The position numbers were made by a program, and so were the translations under genes. Positions 27,591 through 38,000 of a stretch of DNA of 64,000 bases are shown piece after piece. The stretch lies in assembly GCA_049967475.1 (NCBI GenBank), contig JBMFSQ010000007.1, forward strand, positions 79,237 to 143,236. Reading direction: 5' to 3'. The first letter of the stretch is position 1. Each line of letters begins with the position of its first letter. Below the pieces are notes generated by a model. The model was not told the origin of the DNA. It saw only the letters and a program-made list of their open reading frames with translations, and ran no database searches. This stretch comes from Chthonomonadales bacterium (GTDB lineage: Bacteria; Armatimonadota; Chthonomonadetes; Chthonomonadales; CAJBBX01).

Positions 27591-29768
27591 TCAAACCTCG
27601 CGGCGGGAAAGGTTCACGCGCGCCCCCCGTACCTCAAAGGAGCCTGTAAGTACGCTTCGTCCCGATGCTGCGGCAGACGGCTGGCCGCCGCCCACGCTGA
27701 TCAGGAGGCGGCCAGGTTCGATGAAGGGGGTTCCCTCGTCGCTCCAGCACACCATTTGGCGGGGATCTAGGGCGAATTCCAGCGTGCGGTCTTCACCCGG
27801 CACCAGATGGATGCGTCGGAACCCTTGGAGGGACCGGATGGGTACCGGTACGGAGGCCTCCGGGTGGGCCAGATAGAGCTGCACGACCTCGTCTCCGGGG
27901 CGCCCGCCTGTATTGCGCACCGTCACGCGCACTTGAACGCTCTCCCCTGGGGCGATGGTGGCGGGGGTGATGGTGAGGCCGGAGTACTCGAACGTGGTGT
28001 AGCTAAGGCCATATCCGAACGGGAACAAAGGATGGCCATGGAAATACCGGTAGGTGCGTCCGATCATGGAATAGTCGGTGAAGGGTGGGAGCTGCTCCGA
28101 AGTCTGATAGAAGGTTACAGGCAGGCGGCCGGCCGGATTGAAGTCCCCAAATAGCGCCTCGGCTACGGCAGTACCTGCTTCCTCGCCACCGTACCAAACA
28201 TGCATCATGGCAGCGACGTTCTGAGCTGCCCAACCCAGGGCGAGTGCGCTCCCGGAGAGTGTAACCAGCACGATGGGCGTGCCGACCGAGTGGATCGCGT
28301 GGAGCAGTTCCATTTGGATGGGCGGCAGGCCCAGGTCGCGGCGGTCTCCGCTCTTGTCCAAGAGGCCTTCTTCCCCTTCCTCGCCTTCCAGTTTCGGCGA
28401 AAGGCCCATCACCATCACGACGACGTCTGACGATCGGGCGGCGGCTTCGGCCTCGGCAAATCCTCCTCGATGGCCGCCGACGAGGTCGCAGCCTTTGGCA
28501 TGACGCACCGTGACGTGATTGCCCGCGCGGTGAAGGATGCCTTGGAGGATCGTGACGGCCCGGGAAGGCGTACCGTGGTAATTGCCGAGAAGCACGTCCA
28601 CATCATCCGCATTGGGGCCGATAACCGCGATATTGCGGATGCCGGAGCCGAAAGGAAGGACGCTGCGGTCATTCTTGAGGAGCACGATGGAGGCTCTGGC
28701 CGCTTGCAGAGCGAGCGCCCGGTGCTCCTCGCTGTCATTAACTGAGATAGGGATGGAGGCGTAGGGGACGCTTTCGGGTGGATCGAACATTCCCAAGCGG
28801 ATGCGGGCTTCGAAGAGGCGTTCTACGGCGCGATTGATGGCAGTTTCGTCCAGAAGGCCGTTGAGGATTGCGCCGATGAGTGCTTTGTAGGTGTCTCCAC
28901 AGTTGAGATCGCATCCATTGGCCACGGCCAGAGCTGCAGCTTGTTCGGCAGTGAGGACCACGCGGTGGTTGCGGAAGATATCGTCTATGGCGCCGCAATC
29001 GGACACGACGTATCCCGTGAAGCCCCACTCGTCACGGAGGATGTCTTGGAGGAGCGTCTTCGAAGCGCAGCAGGGTTCGCCGTTGGTCCGGTTATAAGCG
29101 GCCATGACGCTGCCTGCCTTCCCCTCCTGCACGCAGGCTTTGAACGCCGGTAGGTAGGTTTCCCAGAGGTCTCTGGGGTTCACGCGGGCATCAAAGCTGT
29201 GGCGGTCCTTCTCTGGGCCGCTGTGAACGGCGAAGTGTTTGGGTGTGGCGATGGTCTTGAAGTACTTGGGATGGTCCCCTTGGAGCCCGCGCACGAACGC
29301 AACGCCGAGGCGTGCTGTAAGGTAGGGATCTTCGCCGTACGTCTCCTGGCCACGGCCCCAGCGCGGATCGCGGAAGATGTTGATGTTAGGGGACCAAAAG
29401 GTCAGTCCGAAATACTGGGGCGATGCGCCGCCGTGGTCTTTACAGGCCTGATGATGCTTGGCACGAGCCTCGTCGGAGATGGCTTCTGCTACTCGTGCAA
29501 CGAGTTGTTCGTCGAAGCCGGCAGCGAGGCCGATTGCCTGGGGGAATACGGTGGCGATGCCTGCGCGGGCAACCCCGTGAAGACATTCATTCCACCAATT
29601 GTAAGCCGGGATGGAGAGGCGCGGGATTGGAGGCGCATCGTGCATCATCTGGCTTACTTTTTCTTCCAGAGTCATTCTGCGCACTAGGTCTGCTGCGCGC
29701 CGGCTGGGAGGAAGATCCGGGTTCTTGTAGGATGGAGGCGTGTCGTTCGGCACAGTCGGGTTCTCCAA
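27591..29768 (-). CDS. GH3 beta-xylosidase/beta-glucosidase with FN3-like domain
   Basis: WWNECLHGV, WSPNINIFRDPRWGRGQETYGEDP, KHFAVHSGPE, VVSDCGA, PFGYGLSY, EVVQLY. Confidence 0.95.
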   Translation of the reverse strand: MENPTVPNDTPPSYKNPDLPPSRRAADLVRRMTLEEKVSQMMHDAPPIPRLSIPAYNWWNECLHGVARAGIATVFPQAIGLAAGFDEQLVARVAEAISDEARAKHHQACKDHGGASPQYFGLTFWSPNINIFRDPRWGRGQETYGEDPYLTARLGVAFVRGLQGDHPKYFKTIATPKHFAVHSGPEKDRHSFDARVNPRDLWETYLPAFKACVQEGKAGSVMAAYNRTNGEPCCASKTLLQDILRDEWGFTGYVVSDCGAIDDIFRNHRVVLTAEQAAALAVANGCDLNCGDTYKALIGAILNGLLDETAINRAVERLFEARIRLGMFDPPESVPYASIPISVNDSEEHRALALQAARASIVLLKNDRSVLPFGSGIRNIAVIGPNADDVDVLLGNYHGTPSRAVTILQGILHRAGNHVTVRHAKGCDLVGGHRGGFAEAEAAARSSDVVVMVMGLSPKLEGEEGEEGLLDKSGDRRDLGLPPIQMELLHAIHSVGTPIVLVTLSGSALALGWAAQNVAAMMHVWYGGEEAGTAVAEALFGDFNPAGRLPVTFYQTSEQLPPFTDYSMIGRTYRYFHGHPLFPFGYGLSYTTFEYSGLTITPATIAPGESVQVRVTVRNTGGRPGDEVVQLYLAHPEASVPVPIRSLQGFRRIHLVPGEDRTLEFALDPRQMVCWSDEGTPFIEPGRLLISVGGGQPSAAASGRSVLTGSFEVRGARVNLSRREV

Positions 29769-29958
29769 GAAAAGGATGGAAGTCAGCGATTAGGGTGCGG
29801 CGTAACGCCGGGCTACCATATTGACTGTTTATCTGCTTCGGCTTCATGCCTGCGGAATCCTACTTGATCCAAGGATTTCGATGGATGCAAGGTGAAGAGG
29901 AGGGACAAAGGAGTGCCGGCCGGTGGAAGCAACCCCGGTGGATTGAGGAGGATCTGGT

Positions 29959-30903
29959 ATGAAGACGCAACGATTGGGCCCAGACGGCGTTGAAGTGTCC
30001 CGCATCGGGCTCGGCTGCATGGGGCTTGCAGGTACGTGGAACCCTTCGGAAGTGGGCCCTGAGCATCGGAAGCGGGCGATTGCAGCGTTCGAGGCAGCGC
30101 TGGAGGCGGGCATCACCTTCTACGACCATGCAGACATCTATGGCGGGACCGCCTGTGAAACGATCTTTCGAGACTGCCTGCGGGCTGTTCCCGGAAGTCG
30201 CGAGCGCATCTTCATCGCCACCAAAGTAGGCATAAGGTCCGGCTATTACGACCATTCGGCGGACTACATACGGCGTTCCATCCGAGGATCTCTTGATCGC
30301 CTGGGTGTGGAGTATGTAGATCTCTATCAGCTTCATCGGCCGGACCCCCTGACGCATCCAGCCGAGACGGCGGCGGTTTTGGATGAATTGATAGAGCAGG
30401 GGTTGGTGAAGTACGTGGGGGTGAGCAACTACTATCCCCATCAGCTTCTGGCGCTGAAGCGGTACCTGAAGGCGCCTATCGTGTGCAACCAGATCAGCAT
30501 TTCACTGTTGCGGCTGGATGCCGTCTATGAGGGCGCTCCTGGCGGTCCCGGGGATGGCGTACTGGATCAGTGCCTGGAGTTGGGCATCACTCCCCTGGCG
30601 TACAGCCCATTGGGTGGCGGGTGGCTCACAGGCCGGCGCGAGCTGCCGGCAGATCAAATGCGGGCAGAGCGCATCGAGCGCATCCTGGCTACGATGCGGG
30701 ACCTGGCCCCGGAGTATGGCCATGCAACGCCGTCCCAATTGGCTGTGGCGTGGTTGTTGAGGCACCCGGCCGGTATCATTCCGCTTGTGGGTTCCAACAA
30801 CCCGGACCACATACGCGAAGCTGCCGGCGCTGCGCAGATCGAGCTTTCGCGGGTGGATTGGTACCGGCTTTGGGTGGCAGCGCGAGGGGAGCGCGTTCCG
30901 TAG
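29959..30903 (+). CDS. aldo/keto reductase (YdhF-like)
   Basis: GLGCM, DHADIYG, ATK, LHRPDPL, VGVSN, AYSPLGGG. Confidence 0.93.
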   Translation: MKTQRLGPDGVEVSRIGLGCMGLAGTWNPSEVGPEHRKRAIAAFEAALEAGITFYDHADIYGGTACETIFRDCLRAVPGSRERIFIATKVGIRSGYYDHSADYIRRSIRGSLDRLGVEYVDLYQLHRPDPLTHPAETAAVLDELIEQGLVKYVGVSNYYPHQLLALKRYLKAPIVCNQISISLLRLDAVYEGAPGGPGDGVLDQCLELGITPLAYSPLGGGWLTGRRELPADQMRAERIERILATMRDLAPEYGHATPSQLAVAWLLRHPAGIIPLVGSNNPDHIREAAGAAQIELSRVDWYRLWVAARGERVP

Positions 30904-30984
30904 CGAAAACATCAGCAGGTGCCGGGGAAGAAAGCCGTGTGCGGGCGGCTGGGCGCCCTCGAGCTGAAAATGTGCCTCCCGAGC

Positions 30985-31031
30985 GCCTGAACGAAGCCCG
31001 TTGCTCCGCGCATCCGGGGTTTCGTTCAGGC
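30985..31031. terminator. GC-rich hairpin between convergent genes, probable terminator
   Basis: GCCTGAACGAAGCCCG ... CGGGGTTTCGTTCAGGC near-perfect inverted repeat; no clear U-tract. Confidence 0.55.
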
Positions 31032-31048
31032 TGGGCGGCTCCGGTAGT

Positions 31049-31774
31049 TCATGCGCCTGTGCGCGTTGCGGCGCGTCTGCGGAACAGAACACCCCAAACC
31101 GCAGATCCAATGAGCACGACGACAGGCGCTGCAGGCACGGGCGTTTGCGGCGGGTCGTATCCGAACGTGAAGTGAGAGATGTTCGCGAAATCGGCTCCGG
31201 GCTGGGTTACGCGAAGCCATGTGATGGGGTTGGGGCTTGTAAAGCCTACGAATGCCAGATCCGGCTTGTTGAAGGTGCTGAAATTGAATACCTGGCCCGA
31301 GGGAGTTGTAACGGTGATGGGAGCTCCATTGGGCCCTCCCCCTGCATGGATCGTATACACGTTGAAGCCAACGGCGGTGATGCCTGCCGGCAGGGTGATC
31401 TGCAAATATCCGTTGTAGTGAGAACCCATGCCGCCCGGACCCTGAAGCACCGTGGGGTTCGTGTTCCATCCCGCATAGGTGGTCGGCGCATATGTGGGCG
31501 GGATTACGTAGAGGTACACACCCTGGTAGTCCGGCCCTGTGAGTTTGCCGAAGAAGTTGACGCCGCTTATTGTAAGGCCGCTCGGGTAGGCGAGGGACCC
31601 ACCGACGGGAGGATGAAGCGAAGCGAAGTCAATCGTCGTCATTCCCGAGCTGACGGAACCGAAGGCCACAGGGTCGGTGTAGGCGATGATCTGGGAGTGA
31701 GCACGGGGCACCGCCAGCAGGCAAATGAGTGCGGCAGAAAGAAGAATTCTGCGGCAGTGTGTGATGCGTTTCAT
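31049..31774 (-). CDS. secreted protein with PEP-CTERM-like sorting signal
   Basis: Signal peptide ending AHS; Thr/Gly/Pro-rich body; C-terminus TPVPAAP + TM + RRR. Confidence 0.8.
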   Translation of the reverse strand: MKRITHCRRILLSAALICLLAVPRAHSQIIAYTDPVAFGSVSSGMTTIDFASLHPPVGGSLAYPSGLTISGVNFFGKLTGPDYQGVYLYVIPPTYAPTTYAGWNTNPTVLQGPGGMGSHYNGYLQITLPAGITAVGFNVYTIHAGGGPNGAPITVTTPSGQVFNFSTFNKPDLAFVGFTSPNPITWLRVTQPGADFANISHFTFGYDPPQTPVPAAPVVVLIGSAVWGVLFRRRAATRTGA

Positions 31775-32020
31775 GCTCTGAGCACTCCTTGTGTCGGTAA
31801 GTTCCGGCACGCCACCACTAGGATCGTGTTCATACGCCGGCGTTATGCTATCACCCTCGAGCGCGGCGAGGTACTGTAAAGGATGCGGGTTCTTCATCGG
31901 AACGGCTGGAAACACGTACTCTTGACAGGCGGGATGGAGTGGCGAACCTAATACGGAAAAAGGAGCGGCTGGGGGTTGCAACCCGGCATCCGTTGAGCGA
32001 TGGGCAACACATGCCCACCC

Positions 32021-33172
32021 ATGTGCAGAACCTGGTTTGAGCATCACCTGACAGGCGAAATCCTTCCGCGTTGGCTCCATAAGAGCCCGGCGGTCAACGG
32101 CTTCTTCGAGGCGCGCCTCGATGGCAGGTGGGAGCGGCAATCAGGCAGCGTCGCCACACTGGTTAGCCAAGGGCGGCTGCTCTACAACTTTGCTGAGGGA
32201 TGGCGCCAGACCCGCCAATCCGCTTATTTGGAAGCCGTGGCTAAAGGCGCTGCGTTCTTGGTGCGGCACATGACGGATCGGCAGAACGGAGGTTGGTACT
32301 GGTCCGTTACGGCGGACGGGCGGGTGGCCGATGCAACCAAGAACACGTATGGACACGCATTCGCCCTGTTCGGACTGGCCCACGCATGGGATGCAGCTCG
32401 CCAACCCGAGGTGAGAGAAGCTGCATTGCAGGGATGGGAGGCCGTGTCGCACCATTTGCGTGACCGGCGGGGCGCGTTCTGTTCGGCCACGTCTGCAGAT
32501 TTCGGAGTGGTCCAGGCGGGTCGGTCCATCAATCCGTTGATGCATCTATTCGAAGCGCTGCTTGCGGCCGGGGATCTTTTGGGTGAGCCGCAGTTGCACC
32601 GGGAAGCGGAACGTTTGGCCGCTTTTGCATTGAGCCTCAAGGATGCGCGCAGAGGTCTGCTCCCGGAGACGTTCACCGATGAGTGGGAGCCGGCTTCGGC
32701 TTCGGATGGAGGCCGGTTCGAGGTTGGGCATCAGTTTGAATGGGCGTGGCTTCTCTCACGCGCTGCCGAGTTGGATGTTTGCCGGCCGTGGATTGCCGAA
32801 GCCGAGCACCTTGTGAACGGGGCGCTGGAACAGGGCATGGATAGCCAAATCGGCGCAATCCGCAGCGTTTTGGAACCGGACGGGACGGCACGGCCGGGTC
32901 CGCTGATCTACTGGGTGCAGTGCGAAGCGCTCCGGGCGTTGATCCATTTTGCGACGGTGCGGGCAAGATCCGATTTGCTCACGCCTGCACAACACGTGTA
33001 TGCGTTCGTGCGCACGCGTTTTCTGGATCCCTTCTACGGCGGATGGTTCGAGGCCGTGGACCCTGCCGATGGGCCGGTTGCGGGCCCGAAGGGGCATCTT
33101 TGGAAGTTGGATTACCACATTGTGGGCTTATGCGTTGAAGCTGTGCGGCTCCTGCCGCCGATCGCGACCTAA
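32021..33172 (+). CDS. AGE-family sugar 2-epimerase/isomerase
   Basis: QGRLLYNF, YGHAFALFGLA, NPLMHLFEA, GHQFEWAW, WVQCE, WKLDYH. Confidence 0.9.
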   Translation: MCRTWFEHHLTGEILPRWLHKSPAVNGFFEARLDGRWERQSGSVATLVSQGRLLYNFAEGWRQTRQSAYLEAVAKGAAFLVRHMTDRQNGGWYWSVTADGRVADATKNTYGHAFALFGLAHAWDAARQPEVREAALQGWEAVSHHLRDRRGAFCSATSADFGVVQAGRSINPLMHLFEALLAAGDLLGEPQLHREAERLAAFALSLKDARRGLLPETFTDEWEPASASDGGRFEVGHQFEWAWLLSRAAELDVCRPWIAEAEHLVNGALEQGMDSQIGAIRSVLEPDGTARPGPLIYWVQCEALRALIHFATVRARSDLLTPAQHVYAFVRTRFLDPFYGGWFEAVDPADGPVAGPKGHLWKLDYHIVGLCVEAVRLLPPIAT

Positions 33173-34365
33173 GTGCCGGCGGCTTCCTGGAGTACAGAGG
33201 GTTCTCTAAGAGCCGGTGGGCCCGATGGAAGGAGGCGTGTTACGGCGAGTGCAGCTATGGCGATGGCAGCCCCAAGCCAGAAGGGGAGGGTGTAGTTATG
33301 CCAGTGTTGCCACATCCACGCCCCGCTGATGGGAACGATCACCGCCGCCATATGGTTCATCGTGGTGCCCATGGCCAAACAGGGAGTGAGATCTCCCGGG
33401 CGCGCAATGCGGTGAAGATAGGTGGTGAACCCTATGCTGAAGGTAAACAAGATATTATCCATCAGGAAGAGCGCGTAGAGCACACCCACATGGCGCACTG
33501 AAGCGTACCCGGCAAAGATGGCGATGAGAGCCATCGCGTAGAAGGTGAGCGGACCGCGCTCACCCCGACGGTCCACCAATCGGCCGATGGCAGGCGCGGT
33601 GATCCAGATGAGGCCGGCATTCACGAGTTGCAGGGCCAGCATGGTGCGCAGAGGGACGCCGTATACGAGGATGAGCGTGTAGGAGGCGAAGATGGAGAAG
33701 ATTTGCCTTCGGCATCCTTCCAGGAAGATCAGCAGGTAGTAGAGGCCGTACTCCTTGCGGATGACGAAGCGGCTGCGAGGCGCGCCTTGAGCGTGAGGGG
33801 AGAGGCGGAACGAGAGCAGAGCGGCAACCAGGATGAGGCCCCCGGCCAGGAAGAAGAAGCCGGGATACCTGGGATGGCGATGCATGCGGGCAGCGATCCA
33901 CGAAAAGAGGAGGGCAGCTAGAGTGGCTGCTGAGCCGATGGCAGAGATGCGGCCGAGATGCCTTCCACCCTCTTTTCCTTTTGCCAGCGCCAAGGTAATT
34001 GCTGGCGACACCGTTGCGTACAGGTGAAATCCAGCCGACCAAAACACCGAAGTGAGAACCAGCGCCGTGTAGCTGTGCAGGACGCCCGTGAGGCCGATGC
34101 CGATGCCGCTGATGGCGAGGCCCAAGCCCGCTACTCTGGCTTCGGCAAAGGCTACGAGGCCGCCTGCCGTGATGGCGGTAAGGAAACCGGGAACTTCCCG
34201 TAGGGACTCAAGGCCGCCGAGCTGCAGGGCATCGGCACGGATCACATCGCGCAGGAAGTTCTGAAAAACGCCGTTGTAGACAGCGAAGCCGAACCCGAAC
34301 AGGAAGGTGAGCGTTCCAAAGAGAGCCCAATCGCGGCGGAGTGTTTGAGTGCTGGTGTCGCTCAC
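33169..34365 (-). CDS. MFS transporter
   Basis: About 12 TM segments; ESLREVPG, GRLVDRRGER motif-A-like; GTG start inferred. Confidence 0.85.
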   Translation of the reverse strand: MSDTSTQTLRRDWALFGTLTFLFGFGFAVYNGVFQNFLRDVIRADALQLGGLESLREVPGFLTAITAGGLVAFAEARVAGLGLAISGIGIGLTGVLHSYTALVLTSVFWSAGFHLYATVSPAITLALAKGKEGGRHLGRISAIGSAATLAALLFSWIAARMHRHPRYPGFFFLAGGLILVAALLSFRLSPHAQGAPRSRFVIRKEYGLYYLLIFLEGCRRQIFSIFASYTLILVYGVPLRTMLALQLVNAGLIWITAPAIGRLVDRRGERGPLTFYAMALIAIFAGYASVRHVGVLYALFLMDNILFTFSIGFTTYLHRIARPGDLTPCLAMGTTMNHMAAVIVPISGAWMWQHWHNYTLPFWLGAAIAIAALAVTRLLPSGPPALREPSVLQEAAGT

Positions 34366-34381
34366 GTCCGATGGTGTGCGG

Positions 34382-35452
34382 TTACCGGTTCGGCACCGAT
34401 GCCACATCGTGCAGATCGTGGGTGCCGTTTCCCTCGATTTCCGGCGCGGTGGCATTGCGCAGGTGCTTGGCCGCGTCTTCGGGCGCCGTGACATTGATGT
34501 AGATGCCGGTCCCCATTTCGAAGCCCGCTGCGATGGTAAGCCGCGGCATGATGGCCATGTGCCAGTGGAAATCCCTCTCCCGATCCTGATTGATGGGCGC
34601 AGTGTGGAGGGTGAAGTTGTAGGGAGGGTTGTTGAGCACGGTGGCGATGCGGCGCAGGGCGTCTTGGAGGAGCGCTGCAAAGGCATTCACTGTCGGGCGG
34701 TCTTCATGGGCGAAGGATGGGGAGTGGTGGCGCGGCAAGATCCAGGTTTCGAAGGGGTACTTTGCTGCGAAGGGCGTGAAGGCTACGAATGCATCATTGA
34801 CGGCGACGATGCGGTCACCGGTATTGAGTTCCTGCCTCACCATGTCGCAGTAGATGCACCGCTCGTGGTGCTCGAGGTATCTTTGCGCCCCCTCGATCTG
34901 GAGCATGACATCCTGCGGGATCATGGGGAGGGCAATCATCTGGCTGTGGGGATGTTCCAAGGAGGCGCCCGCTACTTTGCCGTGGTTGCGGAAGAGCAGA
35001 ATGTACTTGAAGCGCCGGTCCTTCATGAGATCCAGATGGCGGTCCCGGTAAGCCCAAAGGATCTCTTGTGCCTGGACTGGAGACACAGTAGCGATGGACT
35101 TATCGTGATCGGTGCATTCGATGATGACTTCGTGGGCACCGATGCCGTTCATCATGTCGTACATTCCGACGCCTGTGCGATCCAGATCTCCCTCGATGGC
35201 GAGGGCGGGAAACTTGTTGGGGACGACGCGAACCCACCAACCTGGGGTATTAGGGGCTGTGTTCGGGCTTCTGTAGGAGAGGACTTCCGGCGGCGTCATC
35301 ATTTCGTTGCCGGGGCAGAATGGGCAATTGGGGCTGTAGGTGGGCTTGCCCTCGGTTTCCTCACTAAGCTTGAAGTCGGTGGGTCTGCGGCTTCGTTCGG
35401 TGGCGATGATGACCCATTCCCGTGTGACCGGATCTTTACGCAGTTGAGGCAT
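34382..35452 (-). CDS. galT: galactose-1-phosphate uridylyltransferase
   Basis: LRKDP...WVIIATERSRRP, CPFCPGNE, NKFPAL, GASLEHPHSQ. Confidence 0.95.
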   Translation of the reverse strand: MPQLRKDPVTREWVIIATERSRRPTDFKLSEETEGKPTYSPNCPFCPGNEMMTPPEVLSYRSPNTAPNTPGWWVRVVPNKFPALAIEGDLDRTGVGMYDMMNGIGAHEVIIECTDHDKSIATVSPVQAQEILWAYRDRHLDLMKDRRFKYILLFRNHGKVAGASLEHPHSQMIALPMIPQDVMLQIEGAQRYLEHHERCIYCDMVRQELNTGDRIVAVNDAFVAFTPFAAKYPFETWILPRHHSPSFAHEDRPTVNAFAALLQDALRRIATVLNNPPYNFTLHTAPINQDRERDFHWHMAIMPRLTIAAGFEMGTGIYINVTAPEDAAKHLRNATAPEIEGNGTHDLHDVASVPNR

Positions 35453-35830
35453 GAAGAGCACTCCTTATGATTACTTGCATCTTCCTTGGGTCGCCGGCAT
35501 CCTTACCGAGATGATTCTCGGTATTCTTCCGGGCAAAGAACCCGGTTTGATTACTTGAAACAGGCGCAGCGGCTCGCTGGGCCGGAGCCCTGCCGAGCCG
35601 CACACCCGGGGATACTATACGCACCGGCGACACACTATTGATACCACGAAATAGGCTTGTTTGCCTCGGGACGCTTCAGCAGAGCGGTTTATCAAACAGC
35701 TCGGCTGTTCATGAACGGTTGGGTATACTGGCACAGGCAAGGGTACGAGGGATGCAAACTTCAATGGCGCCTAAGGTCTGAAGGCTGCATCCCACGGGGC
35801 TTTTGCTCATCAAAGGAACGGAGAACGGTT

Positions 35831-36583
35831 ATGTTCGGTCTGCATCTAAGAGCGGTCTGCGCTGCCACTGCTTTGTGTGCGTTCGCGGCACTACCGTGCA
35901 TGGCTTTGGCCCAGGGAGGTTCCGCCGACAGCGATATGCCTCCCCATCCGGCGCCCAACTTTCCCGGTGTGGTGGTTCTCTTCGGCGGCAAACAAGAGGA
36001 CGTTGCGGCCCACTGGACGCAGAGGGATCCCAACAAGCCTGCCACCTGGCAGGTGAATGAAGAGGGGGCCATGGTGACGCGCGATGCGGACATCATGAGC
36101 AAGGAGCGGTTTACGGATTTCCAACTCCACGTTGAGTTCAAGGTGCCCTACATGCCTGAGGCACACGGCCAGGCTCGGGGCAACAGCGGGGTGTTTCTGC
36201 AGGGACGCTACGAGATCCAAGTGCTGGACTCGTACGGCAAGACGGAACCTGGAAAGGGGGACTGCGGCGCTGTGTATAATCAGGCTGCCGCGCTTGTGAA
36301 TGCCTGCAAGCCGCCGCTCAAGTGGCAGAGCTATGACATCGTGTTCCGGGCCCCCCGCGTAGACGACACGGGCAAAGTGGTTGAGAAAGCCCGCGTGTCG
36401 GTGTTTCTGAACGGCATCGCCATTCAGAACAACACCGAGATCAATGGACCTACCGGCGCTCCTATTGACAACGAAGTGGGCAAGCCCGGGCCTATCATTC
36501 TGCAATACCACGGCAACAAGGTGGAGTACCGCAACGTGTGGGTGCTTCCGCTGCCCCCCAAGGGATCGGACAAATACGAATAG
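35831..36583 (+). CDS. DUF1080 (3-keto-disaccharide hydrolase-like) exported protein
   Basis: Signal peptide; FTDFQLHVEF, RGNSGVFLQGRYEIQVLDS, LQYHG..VEYRNVW. Confidence 0.9.
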   Translation: MFGLHLRAVCAATALCAFAALPCMALAQGGSADSDMPPHPAPNFPGVVVLFGGKQEDVAAHWTQRDPNKPATWQVNEEGAMVTRDADIMSKERFTDFQLHVEFKVPYMPEAHGQARGNSGVFLQGRYEIQVLDSYGKTEPGKGDCGAVYNQAAALVNACKPPLKWQSYDIVFRAPRVDDTGKVVEKARVSVFLNGIAIQNNTEINGPTGAPIDNEVGKPGPIILQYHGNKVEYRNVWVLPLPPKGSDKYE

Positions 36584-36791
36584 GCCGAAAGGCTGAAGGC
36601 GCCGCGGGGCGGGAGGGGAAGGCTCCGCGCTTTTCGCTGCGGCGCTCCGTGTATGCAAGAGGATAGTCCAATTTCGGTAAAGGTCTAGCATCTAAGATAA
36701 TAGAAACACGCATCGTAGCGGCCATCGCCGGAATGTTCCGGGGATGGCCGCGGTCCTTTCAGCCGAGTCGGGGAGAGAGGGGTGGGGTGCG

Positions 36792-37421
36792 ATGAAACGG
36801 ATGAAGCTGCGCGCTGCATTCACCGTAATCGAGATGTTGGTAGTGGTGGCGGTTCTGGGCATCCTGCTGGGGCTGGTGGTGCCTGCGGTTGTTGCGGCGC
36901 GGGAAAACGGTCGCATTGCGGGTTGCCAGTCCAACCTCAGGCAGCGTGGGCAGGCCATGGCTCTCTACATGAGCGATTACGACGGCATTTACCCGTTTGG
37001 TCTGGATCCATACGAATGGCAGTCTGGCCACGAGGACGGCGGGCATAAGAAGGGCCCCAAGTATCGCGACCGTTTTCTTGCTATGGCCGACCTGCGCGAC
37101 CTTCTGCTTCCCTATGGCGCTTCCCTCGAGCTATGGCGCTGCCCTTCGGATCGGCCCGGTGCTGGGGAAAGTGTCTCCACGTACGTCGCTGCGGGAACGT
37201 CCTACTGGTACGGGTATTGGCTCCCAGCACTGGGGGCAGGAGAAGGTTTCTTTCCTGACCCGGCGGGCAACATTGTAATGGGGGAATATGGGGCCCACAG
37301 AGGCACCAATCTCTTCGACTGGATGAAGAACGAGCTGTTTGCGGATTACCACGTGAAGCTGATGCCCTATGTAACGGAATGGGAGAGGGATTACGCAGAA
37401 CGATACGTTCAGGGAAACTGA
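36792..37421 (+). CDS. prepilin-type N-methylation / DUF1559-like protein
   Basis: AFTVIEMLVVVAVLGIL, CQSNLRQ, DYD, CPSD, C-terminal NELFADYHVK (variant of DGHVK). Confidence 0.88.
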   Translation: MKRMKLRAAFTVIEMLVVVAVLGILLGLVVPAVVAARENGRIAGCQSNLRQRGQAMALYMSDYDGIYPFGLDPYEWQSGHEDGGHKKGPKYRDRFLAMADLRDLLLPYGASLELWRCPSDRPGAGESVSTYVAAGTSYWYGYWLPALGAGEGFFPDPAGNIVMGEYGAHRGTNLFDWMKNELFADYHVKLMPYVTEWERDYAERYVQGN

Positions 37422-37658
37422 CATCCTTCTGCGGCGAGGAGACGCCGGGCTTCCTTGGGCGCGGCCCCGGCGCAGCCGGCCATTCCACCGCAAGGCGCCC
37501 TCGGTTCGGGAAGAATTCGGAGCTGTTCGATATTCGAAGGAGGTGTGCCCCATCGGCGTTGATCCTTCGACCGGCGAAAGGGCACAGTGTTATGCGTGCT
37601 GTGACACCTCAGTGTAGCGCAACCATCCATGCAACGGCATCATGACGGGGCGGGGAAA

Positions 37659-38000
37659 ATGCGGCCTCCGTGGTTCCGGTGGGTTGTTGGGATTGCTGCG
37701 GGAGTGGCGCTGGCGGCAGCTCTTACGCTGTACCTCTACCCGCGCCATTACAGCGCGGACGTGCAGCTCCTGCGCAAGCTGGGATACGACCCGCCGGTCC
37801 TGTTTGCAACTCAGGACCTGGAGCGCAAGGCGTGGCGAACGGGACATTTGGCTCCGGATGAGTTTACCCGCCTGAAGGCGCTCACGCAGGACCCCAACAT
37901 GTTCATCCGGGCGCGTGCGTTCGCCTCGTTCGTACTACGACCGGGCGATCCGGCGCGAAGTGTTCCGTCTGCTCGGAGACGAACGGCGGCAGCGCGGTAG
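37659..38000 (+). CDS. membrane-anchored hypothetical protein, probably truncated
   Basis: TM segment, then HEAT-like DPNMFIRARA; sequence becomes non-protein-like after ~37930. Confidence 0.5.
   Translation: MRPPWFRWVVGIAAGVALAAALTLYLYPRHYSADVQLLRKLGYDPPVLFATQDLERKAWRTGHLAPDEFTRLKALTQDPNMFIRARAFASFVLRPGDPARSVPSARRRTAAAR

Noticed and set aside
30985..31031. attC site or MITE
   Set aside because: Only 47 bp, single copy, between convergent genes; better explained as a terminator-like hairpin
34349..35470. Long ORFs antisense to galT, the Gfo/Idh/MocA gene (58566-59774), the fucosidase and similar genes
   Set aside because: Mirror frames of well-supported genes with no motifs of their own
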